Source of the DNA: an uncultured Ignavibacteria bacterium
GTDB taxonomy: Bacteria > Bacteroidota > Ignavibacteria > Ignavibacteriales > Ignavibacteriaceae
NCBI GenBank assembly: GCA_963743325.1
Contig: CAVUOZ010000006.1
Coordinates: forward strand, 5,207-69,206
DNA length: 64,000 nucleotides
Reading direction: 5' to 3'
How positions within the stretch are numbered: the first letter of the stretch is position 1; each line of letters begins with the position of its first letter. The notes under the pieces were generated by a model. The model was not told where the DNA came from. It did not search any database and saw only the letters and a list, made by a program, of their open reading frames with translations. The position numbers were made by a program, and so were the translations under genes. Positions 1-10,352 of the stretch are shown one piece after another.

Positions 1-202
1 AATTCCGGATTATGCTATTATCGGACTATTGACCCTCTAAAAATTCTTTTCTATCTCTCACGTGAAAAAGTTTATCCGTTAAAATACTACAATGCGGAAA
101 AAATAATAATGGGATAATAACTTACAAAAAAAATATAAAAAAGGATTCAGAGCTTATATATCATAATGAATTTGTAAATATTATTTAATAAATATATTTA
201 TT

Positions 203-2018
203 ATGGAAGAAAAAAAATTAACAGTCGTCTATTCCTGTGATACCTTAAATGGAAGTGCTGATCTCTTAGACTCTCCGGAAATTATAGTTTATGCATCGAA
301 GTTACCGGGCGTTTCGGCCGTATGGCTCCCTTCTGATATTTCTTTAAAGGATCCAGAACAAGTCGCTAAGAAATTACAAAAGAATAATTTAAAAAGAATT
401 GTTATCGCCGGAGACAATGCAGGAATGCATAAAAGCTTTTTTTCCAGAGCAATGGTACTTGCCGGTAATAATCCCGAGGACGTCATATTAGCAAGTTTCC
501 TTGAATATGGAGCCAGTCATAAAAGCGATATTGAGAGAGCAAAAGCCATAGTTGCATGTGCAGTGTACGGAGTTCCATTTGAAAATGCCGCTGATCCTGA
601 AGAACTTCCTGTAAATCCAGGTACCCTGGTCATTGGCGGAGGGATAGCCGGTATTCAGGCTTCACTTGAGATAGCCGCAAGCAGGAATATAGTGTATCTG
701 GTAGAAAAATCAGCTACGATCGGCGGGCACATGGCAATGTTCGATAAGACTTTTCCTACACTAGATTGTGCAGCATGTATTTTAACACCTAAGATGGTTG
801 AAGTCGGGCAGCATGAATTATATAAAGCTTATGACCTATTCTGAGGTGCAGGAAGTAAAAGGAGTGCCGGGAAACTATACAGTAAAAATATTGAAAAAAG
901 CCCGCAGAATTAATCTTGAACTCTGTACAGGATGCGGAATATGCGCGGAAAAGTGTCCTCCTAAAAAACCGAGTGAATTCGATGCAAATATAACACTAAG
1001 AAGGGCTGCTTATATTCCATTCCCGCAGGCTGTTCCAAATAAATATTTAATTGATCCGAGTATATGCACTTATGTTATAAATGGTAAATGCGGTGCATGT
1101 GTTAAACTTTGTCCGGTTCCGGGTTGTATCAACCTGGATGAAAAAGATGAAATTGTTGAAATCAATGTCGGAAATATTATTGTTGCCACGGGATTTAAAA
1201 CATTTAATGCTACGAAATTCGCACAATTTGGTTACGGAAAATACCCCAATGTATTAACTTCGATAGAACTTGAAAGATTAATCAATGCCGCCGGTCCTAC
1301 AGGCGGAAAAATAGCCAAACGTGTTCAGGATAAAAAAGGGAATTGGGTATTTACTCACGATTCAATCTGTTCGCCCAAAAGCGTAGCAATTATTCATTGT
1401 ATTGGCAGCAGGGATGTGAACTATAATAAATATTGTTCTAAAGTATGCTGCATGTATTCTCTGAAACTTGCACATCTTTTAAAAGAAAAATTACCTGAGG
1501 CGGAAATCAATGAATATTATATTGATATACGTGCATACGGTAAAGGCTACGAAGAATTTTATAACCGTATTAAAAAGGAAGGTGTTAATGTTGTCCGCGG
1601 GAGGCCTGCTAAAGTTGAACAGTACGGGGATGAGCTTATTGTAAGATGTGAAGACATTGAAGGAGCAAGAATAATTGAGCAGAAAGTTGATATGGTTATT
1701 CTTGCGGTTGGAACTGAACCAAGGACTGATTCAGCAAAGATTGCTGAAATGCTGGGGATATCAGTTGATGCATACGGTTGGTTTAAGGAATTTAATTATA
1801 TCAGTGATCCTGTGAATACATTTTCCGGAGGTATAGCCATTGCCGGTGCCTGCCAGGGACCCAAGGATATACCTGATTCAGTTGCCCAGGCTTCGGCTGC
1901 GGCTTCAAGGGTTTTACAAAGTATTGCAAAAAATAAAATAAAAAATGGTATCAAAAGTCTTTCGCTTGAACAAATTGAAACTAAAGCAAAAGAGCTTTCT
2001 AAAATATTGCAGGAATAA
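203..2018 (+). pseudogene. hdrA: HdrA/QmoA-like FAD and FeS oxidoreductase (paralog 1), split by a frameshift near nt 815
   Basis: ORFs 203-844 and 798-2018 are two halves of one HdrA-type protein. The first half has the FAD fold GGGIAGIQASLEIA and TFPTLDCAACILTPKM. After a frame change at about 815 the second half continues NYIKLMTYSEVQEV, with the ferredoxin insert CTGCGICAEKCP, IHCIGSRD and [19 protein letters not shown]. The N-terminal domain lacks the Cys residues seen in paralog 2. Confidence 0.75.
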
Positions 2019-2020
2019 TT

Positions 2021-3196
2021 ATGAGCCAGAGGGTTAATCTTAATCTTAAAAATGAATTGTTCCTCTATGGAGCAAAAGAGTGGAATCAATGTTTTCAATG
2101 CGGTAATTGCACTGCAACATGCCATACAACTGAAAATGGCTTTTTTTTCCCACGAAAAACGGTGCGACAGGTATTAATGGGATTAACAAAGAGCCTTCAA
2201 ACAAATATTGATCCCTGGTTGTGCACATATTGCGGCGATTGTTCAAAAACCTGCCCAAGAGATGCCAATCCTGCCGAAATGATGATGTCCATCAGAAGGT
2301 ACCTTATATCGGTATATGACTGGACTGGTATTTCAAAGCTGTTGTACAAATCCAAAAAACTGGAAATAGCTGCAATTTTTTTATTGGCTGTTATCGTAAT
2401 GATCCTTTATCTCCTATTTACAACCTTTCCTTCCGGAGATGCTGCCCGGTGGATTGGACAAGATGGGGGGGCTTTGATAAATAAAATGGCTCCCTGGAGG
2501 AGAATTCACCTGGGAGACTGGATAATAGCCGGAGGATTAGTAACCTTAATAATAACAAATGTGTTTTATATGTGGTATAAGATAATCTACCAGGACAAAA
2601 CTTTAAAGGTTGGAATCATCGATTACTTAAGGCCTATATCACTTTTACCCAAGATTTTTCGCCCCGATAAAAAATATGCTAAATGTGATGAAAAGAAATT
2701 ATTTCTCTACTGGTCGCTTCATTTATTTTTAGCATTAAGCTATGCCCTGATGTTTACTATAATCGTATTTTTTCTGAGTTGGTTTCAAACAGATAACGTT
2801 TACTCAATTTTTCATCCGCAAAGATTCTTAGGGTATATCGCTACAACAGGGCTGTTGGTAGGAATAATCTATTTTTATACAAATAGAACTATTAAAAACA
2901 TGGAGAACAGTAAATATTCTCATTTTACTGATTGGACATTTCTCATTTTATTGTTCCTGACAACCTTAACAGGCATTTTACTGCATTTTTTCAGAATATT
3001 TGGTTTACCTCAATTAACATACATTACTTACCTGCTCCATTTAATGGTGTTAGTACCTATGTTAACTATAGAAGTCCCATTTTCTAAATGGTCTCATATG
3101 ATCTACAGACCATTCTCGCTTTATTTTGCTCATTTGAAAAAACTGGCAATAAAAAATCAAAAAGTATTATTGAACAATTACATTTTACAGAATTGA
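2021..3196 (+). CDS. QmoC/HdrE/DsrM-like subunit: N-terminal HdrC-type 2x[4Fe-4S] domain fused to a NarI-like multi-helix membrane (cytochrome b-type) domain
   Basis: Two cluster motifs (CFQCGNCTATC and CTYCGDCSKTCPRD) are followed by about 6 hydrophobic helices with conserved His (SLHLF, LLHFF, LLHLM). The C-terminal PFSKWSHMIYRP resembles the NarI-family PFS(K/R)LxH signature. The gene starts 2 nt after hdrA paralog 1. Confidence 0.65.
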   Translation: MSQRVNLNLKNELFLYGAKEWNQCFQCGNCTATCHTTENGFFFPRKTVRQVLMGLTKSLQTNIDPWLCTYCGDCSKTCPRDANPAEMMMSIRRYLISVYDWTGISKLLYKSKKLEIAAIFLLAVIVMILYLLFTTFPSGDAARWIGQDGGALINKMAPWRRIHLGDWIIAGGLVTLIITNVFYMWYKIIYQDKTLKVGIIDYLRPISLLPKIFRPDKKYAKCDEKKLFLYWSLHLFLALSYALMFTIIVFFLSWFQTDNVYSIFHPQRFLGYIATTGLLVGIIYFYTNRTIKNMENSKYSHFTDWTFLILLFLTTLTGILLHFFRIFGLPQLTYITYLLHLMVLVPMLTIEVPFSKWSHMIYRPFSLYFAHLKKLAIKNQKVLLNNYILQN

Positions 3197-3201
3197 ATAA
3201 A

Positions 3202-4926
3202 ATGGAAGAAACAAGAATAGGTGTTTATATCTGCTGGTGCGGTACCAACATCGCCAACCTGGTTGATGTTGAAAACGTTTCCAAAGAAATCCAGAATCTG
3301 CCAAATGTTATTATTTCCAAGAATTACAAATATATGTGTTCTGATCCCGGACAGGATCTTATTGTTGAGGACATTAAGGAATATAGTCTGAATAGAATTG
3401 TAGTTGCGGCCTGTTCTCCAAGAATGCATGAGATTACATTCAGGAGAGCATTGGAAAAATCCGGTCTGAATCCTTATATGTTCGAAATGGCAAATATAAG
3501 GGAACATGATTCATGGGTTCATACTAACAGAAATGAGGCAACAAAAAAAGCCAAAGACCTTATTGCTGCCGCTATCGCCAGGGTGCAATGGCACGAAGCT
3601 CTGGAAAAAAGAAGTGTGGATGTAAATCCTGCTACTCTGATAATTGGAGGCGGAATTTCAGGTATATCTGCTGCGCTGGAAATTGCCAATGCCGGCAGAC
3701 AAGTATATCTTGTCGAGAAATCAGGAACTTTAGGCGGTCTCGTTTCTAATATTGATCTGACCTACCCTTATCTGAACAGCGCTAAAACGATGATCGATTA
3801 TAAAATTTATTCCGTTTTGAATCATCCCAAAATAAGTGTTTATCTAAAGACTGAGATAGACCAGGTATTTGGATATGTGGGTAATTTTGAAACGGATATT
3901 AAATCAGGCGGCAAAGAGATCAAACTTAATTTTGGAAACGTAATTGTTGCAACAGGGCTAAAACCATTTGATTCAAAAAAGATTATAAATTATGGTTATG
4001 GTAAACTACCCAATGTTATAACATCAGTGGAATTCGAACAAGTATTAAAAAACGGTATCATTATAACAAGAGACGGGAGAGTGCCCAGAGATATTGCAAT
4101 TATACATTGCGTTGGAAGCAGGAACGAGGATTATAATGCTTACTGTTCACGTACATGCTGTATGACTGCCTTAAAATTTATTAACCAGATAAAATCGGCT
4201 CTTCCTGAGACTAATGTCTACGATATATATTCTGATATGAGAGCATTTGGAAAAGGCTGTGAAGAGCTGTATTCAATTACCTCGAAAAAAAATGTAATGT
4301 TTTTGACATTTGACCACAAAGCTAATCTGCCACAAATCAGTCAGGCATCATACAAGGACTCATGCAACTTACTTATAGAGTTTAGAGAAAAATTCTCGGG
4401 CGAATCCATTGAAGTGCCGGCAGATATAGTTATTCTAATGGTCGGCATGGAAGCCCATGATGATGCCAAACAAGTATCGCATGCTGTTGGTGTAAGTATG
4501 GATGGAAACAGGTTCTTCATTGAACGGCATCCAAAATTAGACCCGGTAGCAACAACCACCGATGGAGTTTATGTTGTTGGAACCTGCCAATCGCCTAAGG
4601 ATATTCCCGATTCTGTTTCGCAGGCCAGGGCCGCCGCCGCAAGAATACTTGCAACAATCCAATCAGGTTCAGTTAACGTAGAAGTGACTACTTCAGTTGT
4701 AAATGAAGAAATCTGTTGCGGATGTCAGACTTGTATAAAAGTCTGCCCTTATTCAGCAATCAGTTTTAAAGAAGAAGAAAAAGTATCTTATGTTAATGAG
4801 ATACTTTGCAAAGGCTGCGGAACCTGCGGTTCTGCCTGTCCTACAGGTGCAATTAAATGCAAGCATTTTACAGATCTGCAAATATTATCTGAAATAGAAG
4901 GACTCATGTCACTACAGGAGGCTTAA
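3202..4926 (+). CDS. hdrA: HdrA-like heterodisulfide-reductase subunit A (paralog 2) with C-terminal 2x[4Fe-4S] ferredoxin domain
   Basis: Internal ATG at 3202 ([20 protein letters not shown]) is preferred over the ORF-track start at 3088, which overlaps the previous gene. Motifs: Cys-rich N-domain ([19 protein letters not shown]), FAD fold [41 protein letters not shown], and C-terminal [12 protein letters not shown] / [12 protein letters not shown]. Confidence 0.85.
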   Translation: MEETRIGVYICWCGTNIANLVDVENVSKEIQNLPNVIISKNYKYMCSDPGQDLIVEDIKEYSLNRIVVAACSPRMHEITFRRALEKSGLNPYMFEMANIREHDSWVHTNRNEATKKAKDLIAAAIARVQWHEALEKRSVDVNPATLIIGGGISGISAALEIANAGRQVYLVEKSGTLGGLVSNIDLTYPYLNSAKTMIDYKIYSVLNHPKISVYLKTEIDQVFGYVGNFETDIKSGGKEIKLNFGNVIVATGLKPFDSKKIINYGYGKLPNVITSVEFEQVLKNGIIITRDGRVPRDIAIIHCVGSRNEDYNAYCSRTCCMTALKFINQIKSALPETNVYDIYSDMRAFGKGCEELYSITSKKNVMFLTFDHKANLPQISQASYKDSCNLLIEFREKFSGESIEVPADIVILMVGMEAHDDAKQVSHAVGVSMDGNRFFIERHPKLDPVATTTDGVYVVGTCQSPKDIPDSVSQARAAAARILATIQSGSVNVEVTTSVVNEEICCGCQTCIKVCPYSAISFKEEEKVSYVNEILCKGCGTCGSACPTGAIKCKHFTDLQILSEIEGLMSLQEA

Positions 4927-4930
4927 AACT

Positions 4931-5356
4931 ATGAATCAAAGTCCTAAAATTGTTGCGTTTTTATGTAACTGGTGTTCATACACCGGGGCAGATCTTGCAG
5001 GAACATCAAGGATGAAATATGCTTCAAATATCCGCATTATCAGAATTATGTGTTCCGGACGTGTTGAGCCGACTTTTGTTTTAAAAGCTTTTAAAGAAGG
5101 TGCTGATGGAATATTAATTTGCGGATGCCATCCGGGTGATTGTCATTATCACGAGGGGAATTACAAATGTTTAAGGAGATTCCATCTGCTGCAAAAATAT
5201 TTAGTTCAAATGGGCATTCCGGTCGAGAGATTAAAACTTGAGTGGATAAGTGCAAGCGAGGGTGCTGAGTTTGCTCAGCTTGTTAACGAATTCACTGAGA
5301 CTCTGAAAGGACTTGACCCAAGCCAAATAAAGAAAACAGTCGAGACATTTTCTTAA
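4931..5356 (+). CDS. mvhD: MvhD-like hydrogenase delta subunit ([2Fe-2S] electron-transfer protein)
   Basis: 141 aa with [23 protein letters not shown] and [15 protein letters not shown], typical of methyl-viologen-reducing hydrogenase delta subunit. It sits directly upstream of the hydrogenase small subunit gene. Confidence 0.85.
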   Translation: MNQSPKIVAFLCNWCSYTGADLAGTSRMKYASNIRIIRIMCSGRVEPTFVLKAFKEGADGILICGCHPGDCHYHEGNYKCLRRFHLLQKYLVQMGIPVERLKLEWISASEGAEFAQLVNEFTETLKGLDPSQIKKTVETFS

Positions 5357-5380
5357 AATTAAAAAAGCAGAAGAAAATAA

Positions 5381-6358
5381 ATGACTAACGAAAAAAAATC
5401 GAAAATAAATCTTGCCATATACTGGGGTGCTGCGTGTGGTGGTTGTTGTGTTTCAGTTCTCGATGTACATGAATCTCTGTTTACCGTTGTTGAACACGCT
5501 GATATCGTCTTTTGGCCTATTGCTCTGGATTTTAAGTATAAAGATGTCGAAGCGATGCCGGATGGTTTTATTGATGTCACATTATTCAATGGCGCGGTTA
5601 GAAACAGCGAAAATGAGAGTATGGCAAAACTGTTACGCAAAAAAACCAAAGTGTTAGTTGCTTATGGATCCTGTGCCCACATGGGAGGAATTCCAGGTCT
5701 TGCTAATTTTTCAAATAGGGAAGCAATATTTAATAGAGTGTATAATGAAAGTGAATCAACTTCAAATCCTGAGAAGATATTTCCCCAACCACACTTCAAA
5801 GTACCGGAAGGAACATTAGAATTGCCTGTATTTTACAATGATGTAAAAACTTTAAATCAGGTAGTGAATGTTGACTATTATCTGCCGGGTTGTCCCCCCC
5901 AGACTGAAAGATTAGTTGAAGTATTTATGGCTATTGTAACCGGGGCACAACTTCCACCGGCGGGTTCTGTCGTCGGAGCTTATGATAAAACCCAATGCGA
6001 TGAATGTAAGAGAAAAAAATCGGATAATAAATTAATTAAAGAATTTAAAAGACCCTGGCAAATTAAAGATGATGGTGAAACCTGCTTTTTAGAACAAGGT
6101 GTAATATGTATGGGCCCGGCTACCAGAGGTGGTTGCGGCGTAAGATGTATTGAAGGAAATGCACCCTGCAGAGGTTGTTACGGTCCGCCGCCTGATGTAA
6201 CCGACCCCGGAGCAAAAATGATGTCTGCTATTGCCACAATGATAGATTCGAATGATCGAAACGAAATAGAAAAAATTATTGAGACAATTGAAGACCCGGC
6301 AGGAACATTTTATAGATTTAGTCTTCCCGGTTCGATGTTAAGGAGGAAGATTATATGA
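5381..6358 (+). CDS. mvhG: [NiFe]-hydrogenase small subunit, MvhG-like (group 3c-like)
   Basis: N-terminal WGAACGGCCVSVLD, YGSCAHMGGIPG, YLPGCPP, and distal-cluster Cys run CMGPATRGGCGVRCIEGNAPCRGCYGP. No Tat signal, so a cytoplasmic enzyme. 4-nt overlap with the large subunit gene. Confidence 0.85.
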   Translation: MTNEKKSKINLAIYWGAACGGCCVSVLDVHESLFTVVEHADIVFWPIALDFKYKDVEAMPDGFIDVTLFNGAVRNSENESMAKLLRKKTKVLVAYGSCAHMGGIPGLANFSNREAIFNRVYNESESTSNPEKIFPQPHFKVPEGTLELPVFYNDVKTLNQVVNVDYYLPGCPPQTERLVEVFMAIVTGAQLPPAGSVVGAYDKTQCDECKRKKSDNKLIKEFKRPWQIKDDGETCFLEQGVICMGPATRGGCGVRCIEGNAPCRGCYGPPPDVTDPGAKMMSAIATMIDSNDRNEIEKIIETIEDPAGTFYRFSLPGSMLRRKII

Positions 6359-7824
6359 AACGATATACTATAGACCCGCTTACCCGGCTTGAAGGACATG
6401 GGAAAATTGAAATTTTCTGTACAGACGACGGGGATGTGGAAAATGTTTATTTCCAGGTACCTGAATTAAGAGGTTTTGAGAAATTTTTAGAAGGAAGAGT
6501 TATTGAGGAAGCATCACAAATTGTTACTAAAATCTGCGGTGTATGCCCGGGCTGTCATCACATGGCTGCCGGTAAAGCAACTGATGCAGTTTTTGGCGTT
6601 AAACCAACACCAACTGCCATTAAATTAAGAGAATTGTTCTATATGGCTCATTTTGTTCATAGTCATATAGCTCACTTTTATGCATTGGCTGCGCCTGATT
6701 TTGTAGTTGGACCAACTGCTCCCGCTGCAGAAAGAAATATACTCGGAGTAATTGCTAAAGTAGGTGTTGAAATTGGAACTGAAGTTTTAAAACAACGTCG
6801 TATTGCCCAGGAGATTCAGGCACTCCTCGGTGGTCATCAAACACATATAGTTATGAATACTCCGGGCGGTGTTAGAAAAGGATTGACCGAAGCTCAACGA
6901 AAAGATATTGAAGAGAAAGCAAAAGGATTTGTTGAATTTGCAAAGTTCACTTTCAAAATATTTAACGATGTTGTTTTGTCAAACAAAACTTATGTTGATA
7001 TTATTCTTAACGGGCCATATTCATTGAACATCTATTCTATGGGTCTTGTTGATGAAAACAATAAAGTAAATTTCTATGATGGTAAGGTAAGAGTTGTTGA
7101 TCCGGAAGGTAATGAGCATTGTAAATATGCCCCTGAAGATTACCGCAATTGGATTGAAGAAAGAGTTGAGCCTTACAGTTATTTGAAATATCCTTACTTA
7201 AAACAAGTCGGCTGGAAAGGATTTGTTGAAGGAAAAGACTCCGGTGTGTACCAGGCTACTCCTTTGGCGAGATTAAATGTTGCTGATGGCATGGCTACTC
7301 CTTTAGCACAAGAGCAGTACGAACAAATGTATAAAACACTTGGCGGAAAACCGGTTCATGCAACCTTAGCGATGCATTGGGCACGATTAGTTGAATTACT
7401 ATATGCTGCCGAAAGAGCGGTTGAATTAGCCCAGGACAAAGAAATAACAAGTCCAGATATTCAGGCAGAACTTCCAGCTGCACCCAAAAATAAAGAAGGT
7501 ATTGGCATTGTTGAAGCACAAAGAGGTACTTTAACACACCACTACTGGACTGATGAAAAAGGAATTATCACCAAAGCAAACATTATTGTGGGAACTACAA
7601 ATAATAATGCACCGATTTCTATGTCTTTAAAAAAAGCTGCACAAGGATTGATTAAAAAGGGGGTTTCTGCTGACGAAGGTATTTTAAATATGGTTGAGAT
7701 GGCTTTCAGAGCTTATGATCCATGTTTCTCCTGTGCAACACATAGTTTACCCGGCAATATGCCATTAGAAGTTGTTTTCAGGGATGCGAAAGGCAATATA
7801 ACGAGACAAGTTAAAAGAAATTAA
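6355..7824 (+). CDS. mvhA: [NiFe]-hydrogenase large subunit, MvhA-like (group 3c-like)
   Basis: RLEGHG near the N-terminus, L1 metal-site motif ICGVCPGCH, and L2 motif DPCFSCATHS followed by a 26-aa C-terminal extension, which is the substrate for the endopeptidase. Confidence 0.9.
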   Translation: MKRYTIDPLTRLEGHGKIEIFCTDDGDVENVYFQVPELRGFEKFLEGRVIEEASQIVTKICGVCPGCHHMAAGKATDAVFGVKPTPTAIKLRELFYMAHFVHSHIAHFYALAAPDFVVGPTAPAAERNILGVIAKVGVEIGTEVLKQRRIAQEIQALLGGHQTHIVMNTPGGVRKGLTEAQRKDIEEKAKGFVEFAKFTFKIFNDVVLSNKTYVDIILNGPYSLNIYSMGLVDENNKVNFYDGKVRVVDPEGNEHCKYAPEDYRNWIEERVEPYSYLKYPYLKQVGWKGFVEGKDSGVYQATPLARLNVADGMATPLAQEQYEQMYKTLGGKPVHATLAMHWARLVELLYAAERAVELAQDKEITSPDIQAELPAAPKNKEGIGIVEAQRGTLTHHYWTDEKGIITKANIIVGTTNNNAPISMSLKKAAQGLIKKGVSADEGILNMVEMAFRAYDPCFSCATHSLPGNMPLEVVFRDAKGNITRQVKRN

Positions 7825-7854
7825 AGGAATAAGATTTTTGCTTATGCAACTAAA

Positions 7855-7882
7855 AGTCAGTACTTATGTGCTGACTTTTTTT
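7855..7882 (+). terminator. Rho-independent terminator after mvhA
   Basis: agtcagtac-ttat-gtgctgact forms a 9-bp stem (one G-U pair) followed by a tttttt tract, 30 nt after the mvhA stop. Confidence 0.6.
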
Positions 7883-7893
7883 ATAAATTTATA

Positions 7894-8379
7894 ATGAATA
7901 GAAGTAGAATACTCATATACGGAATTGGTAATGAAATTTTGACAGATGACGGTATCGGACCAAAACTTGTAGAAAGACTTAAAGGCAATTTATCTAAAAA
8001 AGATATTGATTTTGAAACAGCTTACTTAGGGGGACTCGAATTACTGGAATATATTCAGGGCTATCATACTGTTATTTTTATAGATGCAATCAGAACAAAG
8101 GATGGATTACCAGGAAGAGTTTATCAATTATCTCCTGAAAATTTCAATAAAACCATTCACCTATCAAGCGTTCATGATGTATCTTTTCTTACATCTGTTG
8201 AGTTAGGAAAAAAACTAAAATTAAATATGCCTCAATTTATTCATATCATAGCTGTCGAAATAGTTGAGGATAGGATATTTGATGATAATTTTTCCCCGCA
8301 GATACAGGAGAAGTATGAAGAAATCTTTAATGAAGTAAAGGAAATAACTGAACGAATACTTGCAAACATTATTATTTAA
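7894..8379 (+). CDS. Hydrogenase maturation endopeptidase (HyaD/HoxW/FrhD family)
   Basis: 161 aa with ILIYGIGNEILTDDGIG, FIDA and SVHD motifs typical of the Ni-dependent C-terminal processing protease. Adjacent to the hydrogenase genes. Confidence 0.8.
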   Translation: MNRSRILIYGIGNEILTDDGIGPKLVERLKGNLSKKDIDFETAYLGGLELLEYIQGYHTVIFIDAIRTKDGLPGRVYQLSPENFNKTIHLSSVHDVSFLTSVELGKKLKLNMPQFIHIIAVEIVEDRIFDDNFSPQIQEKYEEIFNEVKEITERILANIII

Positions 8380-8427
8380 TCTTAATTCAAAAATTCAATA
8401 AGTAAAGATTTATAAACCTTTTGTTAA

Positions 8428-9744
8428 TTATTTCTCTTTCTTCAGCAGCAGATAAACGGTGGTTCCGACATTCACTTTACTTTCAATCCAGATTTTGCCT
8501 CCATGATCTTCAACAATATTTTTTGATATAGCAAGTCCCAAACCTGTTCCATCTTTCATTTCAGCTTTGGCATTTTTTGCTCTGTAAAATTCGTTGAATA
8601 TAAGGGGTATTTCATTTTCAGGAATACCCATACCACTGTCAATTACCTCAACCAGTACATTCTCCATTTTATCTTTAACATTAATTAAAACATTTTTACC
8701 CGCATAAGAATATTTAACAGCATTTTGAATTATGTTTGATAAAACTTCTTCAACAGAAGATGGTTCACCATATATATTATCTATAGATGATCCTATATTT
8801 TTTATAAGGCTTATATTTTTTTCCTGTGCATTGTTCTCAGTCATCTTAATTATTTCTTCAAGTAAGTTTTTTAAGCTAAAATATTTTTTTTCGGATTTTT
8901 GAAGGAGTTTTCTGTTAGTTATACTTAAAAGATCAGAAATGAATTTATTAAGTATTTGAATTCTTTTATAAGCACGGCTTACAAATTCTTCCTGTTGTGA
9001 ATTTAAAGGTCCTGTAAGTTTTTCATTTAAAACGGATATACAACTTTGTATCGCAGTAATATGTCCTTTTATGTCATGGGTAATACGCATTACATATTCG
9101 TTTTTTATTTTATCTTTATGTTCCAGTTCAGCATTAGCTTGCAAATAAGCTGCTTCATGCTTCTCTGATTGCTTAATAATATTTCTTGTAATGTATACAA
9201 CAAAGTAGGAAGTGGAAATAAATATAAATCCGGTACATGCTAAATAAGTTAGATTGTTATACATATTAGCAGTAACAAAACCTTGCAATGGGAAATGCCG
9301 TAAAATACCTGAATATTCTAAATAAGTCATCGCTCCTAACAGCATTAATGCAAATGAGGTTTGAAGAAAACTTTCTTTGGTACTAAGCATTATACTTCCA
9401 ATTATCATATGAAAAATGTAGTAGATGATAAATGGATTTTCAACTCCCCCCGAATAATGTAAAAGAACTGTCAATACAATTAAATCGGTAGAAATCTGAA
9501 AATTAATAATTCTCTTTACATCCTTTAATGATTCTCTGACACCCTGTTTTTGTAAATATTTTAAGAGAGAGAATGATAATAGGTTTAATAGAATCAGAAA
9601 TACTATAATGCTGTAAACAGGTAAGTCAGCGATGCTGATATTAAGATAATGTCTGGCTATATAGTAGGCAATGAAAATGCCAATAATAGCAAACCACCGC
9701 AATGTGATAAGCCAATATGCAAGCCTGACAATTCTGAGGTTCAT
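8428..9744 (-). CDS. Membrane sensor histidine kinase
   Basis: About 6 N-terminal TM helices, H-box ITHDIKGHITAI, N-box NIIQNAVKY, G1 VIDSGMGIP and G2 GTGLGLAISKNIV. Confidence 0.85.
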   Translation of the reverse strand: MNLRIVRLAYWLITLRWFAIIGIFIAYYIARHYLNISIADLPVYSIIVFLILLNLLSFSLLKYLQKQGVRESLKDVKRIINFQISTDLIVLTVLLHYSGGVENPFIIYYIFHMIIGSIMLSTKESFLQTSFALMLLGAMTYLEYSGILRHFPLQGFVTANMYNNLTYLACTGFIFISTSYFVVYITRNIIKQSEKHEAAYLQANAELEHKDKIKNEYVMRITHDIKGHITAIQSCISVLNEKLTGPLNSQQEEFVSRAYKRIQILNKFISDLLSITNRKLLQKSEKKYFSLKNLLEEIIKMTENNAQEKNISLIKNIGSSIDNIYGEPSSVEEVLSNIIQNAVKYSYAGKNVLINVKDKMENVLVEVIDSGMGIPENEIPLIFNEFYRAKNAKAEMKDGTGLGLAISKNIVEDHGGKIWIESKVNVGTTVYLLLKKEK

Positions 9745-9795
9745 TTTTGCACTTCAGCAGAATATATTAATCAATTAATGATAAATGATTGCTAA

Positions 9796-10182
9796 TTATA
9801 ATGATTCTTTTATGGCTTCTAATAATTCTTCCCAATCACCGGATTTTTCAATAAATTTTGTTTTGGGCAGCGAGTCAATATCTTCAATTGCAGCACGCAT
9901 ATTTACTCCAATTGATTTAGCCATACTTGTACTCATGATAATCGGAATTTCCTTAAAATATTCATCTGATTTTAATTCATTCAGAAAATTAAACCCTTCA
10001 AGGTTCGTATCCATCATAATGTCCAGGATAATTAAATCAGGGTGAAATGCTTTAAGAATCCCTAAGCCAATTTTGGAGTTAATTGCAGTCTCGACTTCAT
10101 ATTTTTTACTTTCGAGAAAGACCTTGGTAGATGCTAATAAATCAACATCATCATCGATTAGTAAGATTTTATTTTTTTTCAT
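9796..10182 (-). CDS. Single-domain response regulator (CheY-like receiver, no output domain)
   Basis: 128 aa with KILLIDDD, phospho-acceptor context LIILDIMMD, and the IIMSTS / K motif. Immediately upstream of the kinase on the same strand. Confidence 0.85.
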   Translation of the reverse strand: MKKNKILLIDDDVDLLASTKVFLESKKYEVETAINSKIGLGILKAFHPDLIILDIMMDTNLEGFNFLNELKSDEYFKEIPIIMSTSMAKSIGVNMRAAIEDIDSLPKTKFIEKSGDWEELLEAIKESL

Positions 10183-10352
10183 GGATTATAAATCTTATAG
10201 TTTATAAAAAGATACGTATTTAAAATACTATCATTCAAATTAAAGTATTAGAGTAATTTTTATTTTTTTCAACTTCAATTTTCCTCAGTTTCCCTATTAT
10301 CTTATTTGAAATCAATAAAAACTTCGAAAGTATCCTGCTTTTAGTTTCTAAA

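Noticed and set aside
1-114. Open frame running from the window edge to a stop at about 112-114 (..YYRTIDPLKILFYLSREKVYPLKYYNAEKIIMG), possibly the 3' end of an upstream gene
   Set aside because: It is too short and has no recognisable motif, so coding status cannot be supported.
3262-3282. Near-palindrome TGAAAACGTTTCCA inside hdrA paralog 2, resembling the LacI-type operator core
   Set aside because: It is imperfect, lies deep inside a coding region unrelated to sugar metabolism, and is plausibly chance.
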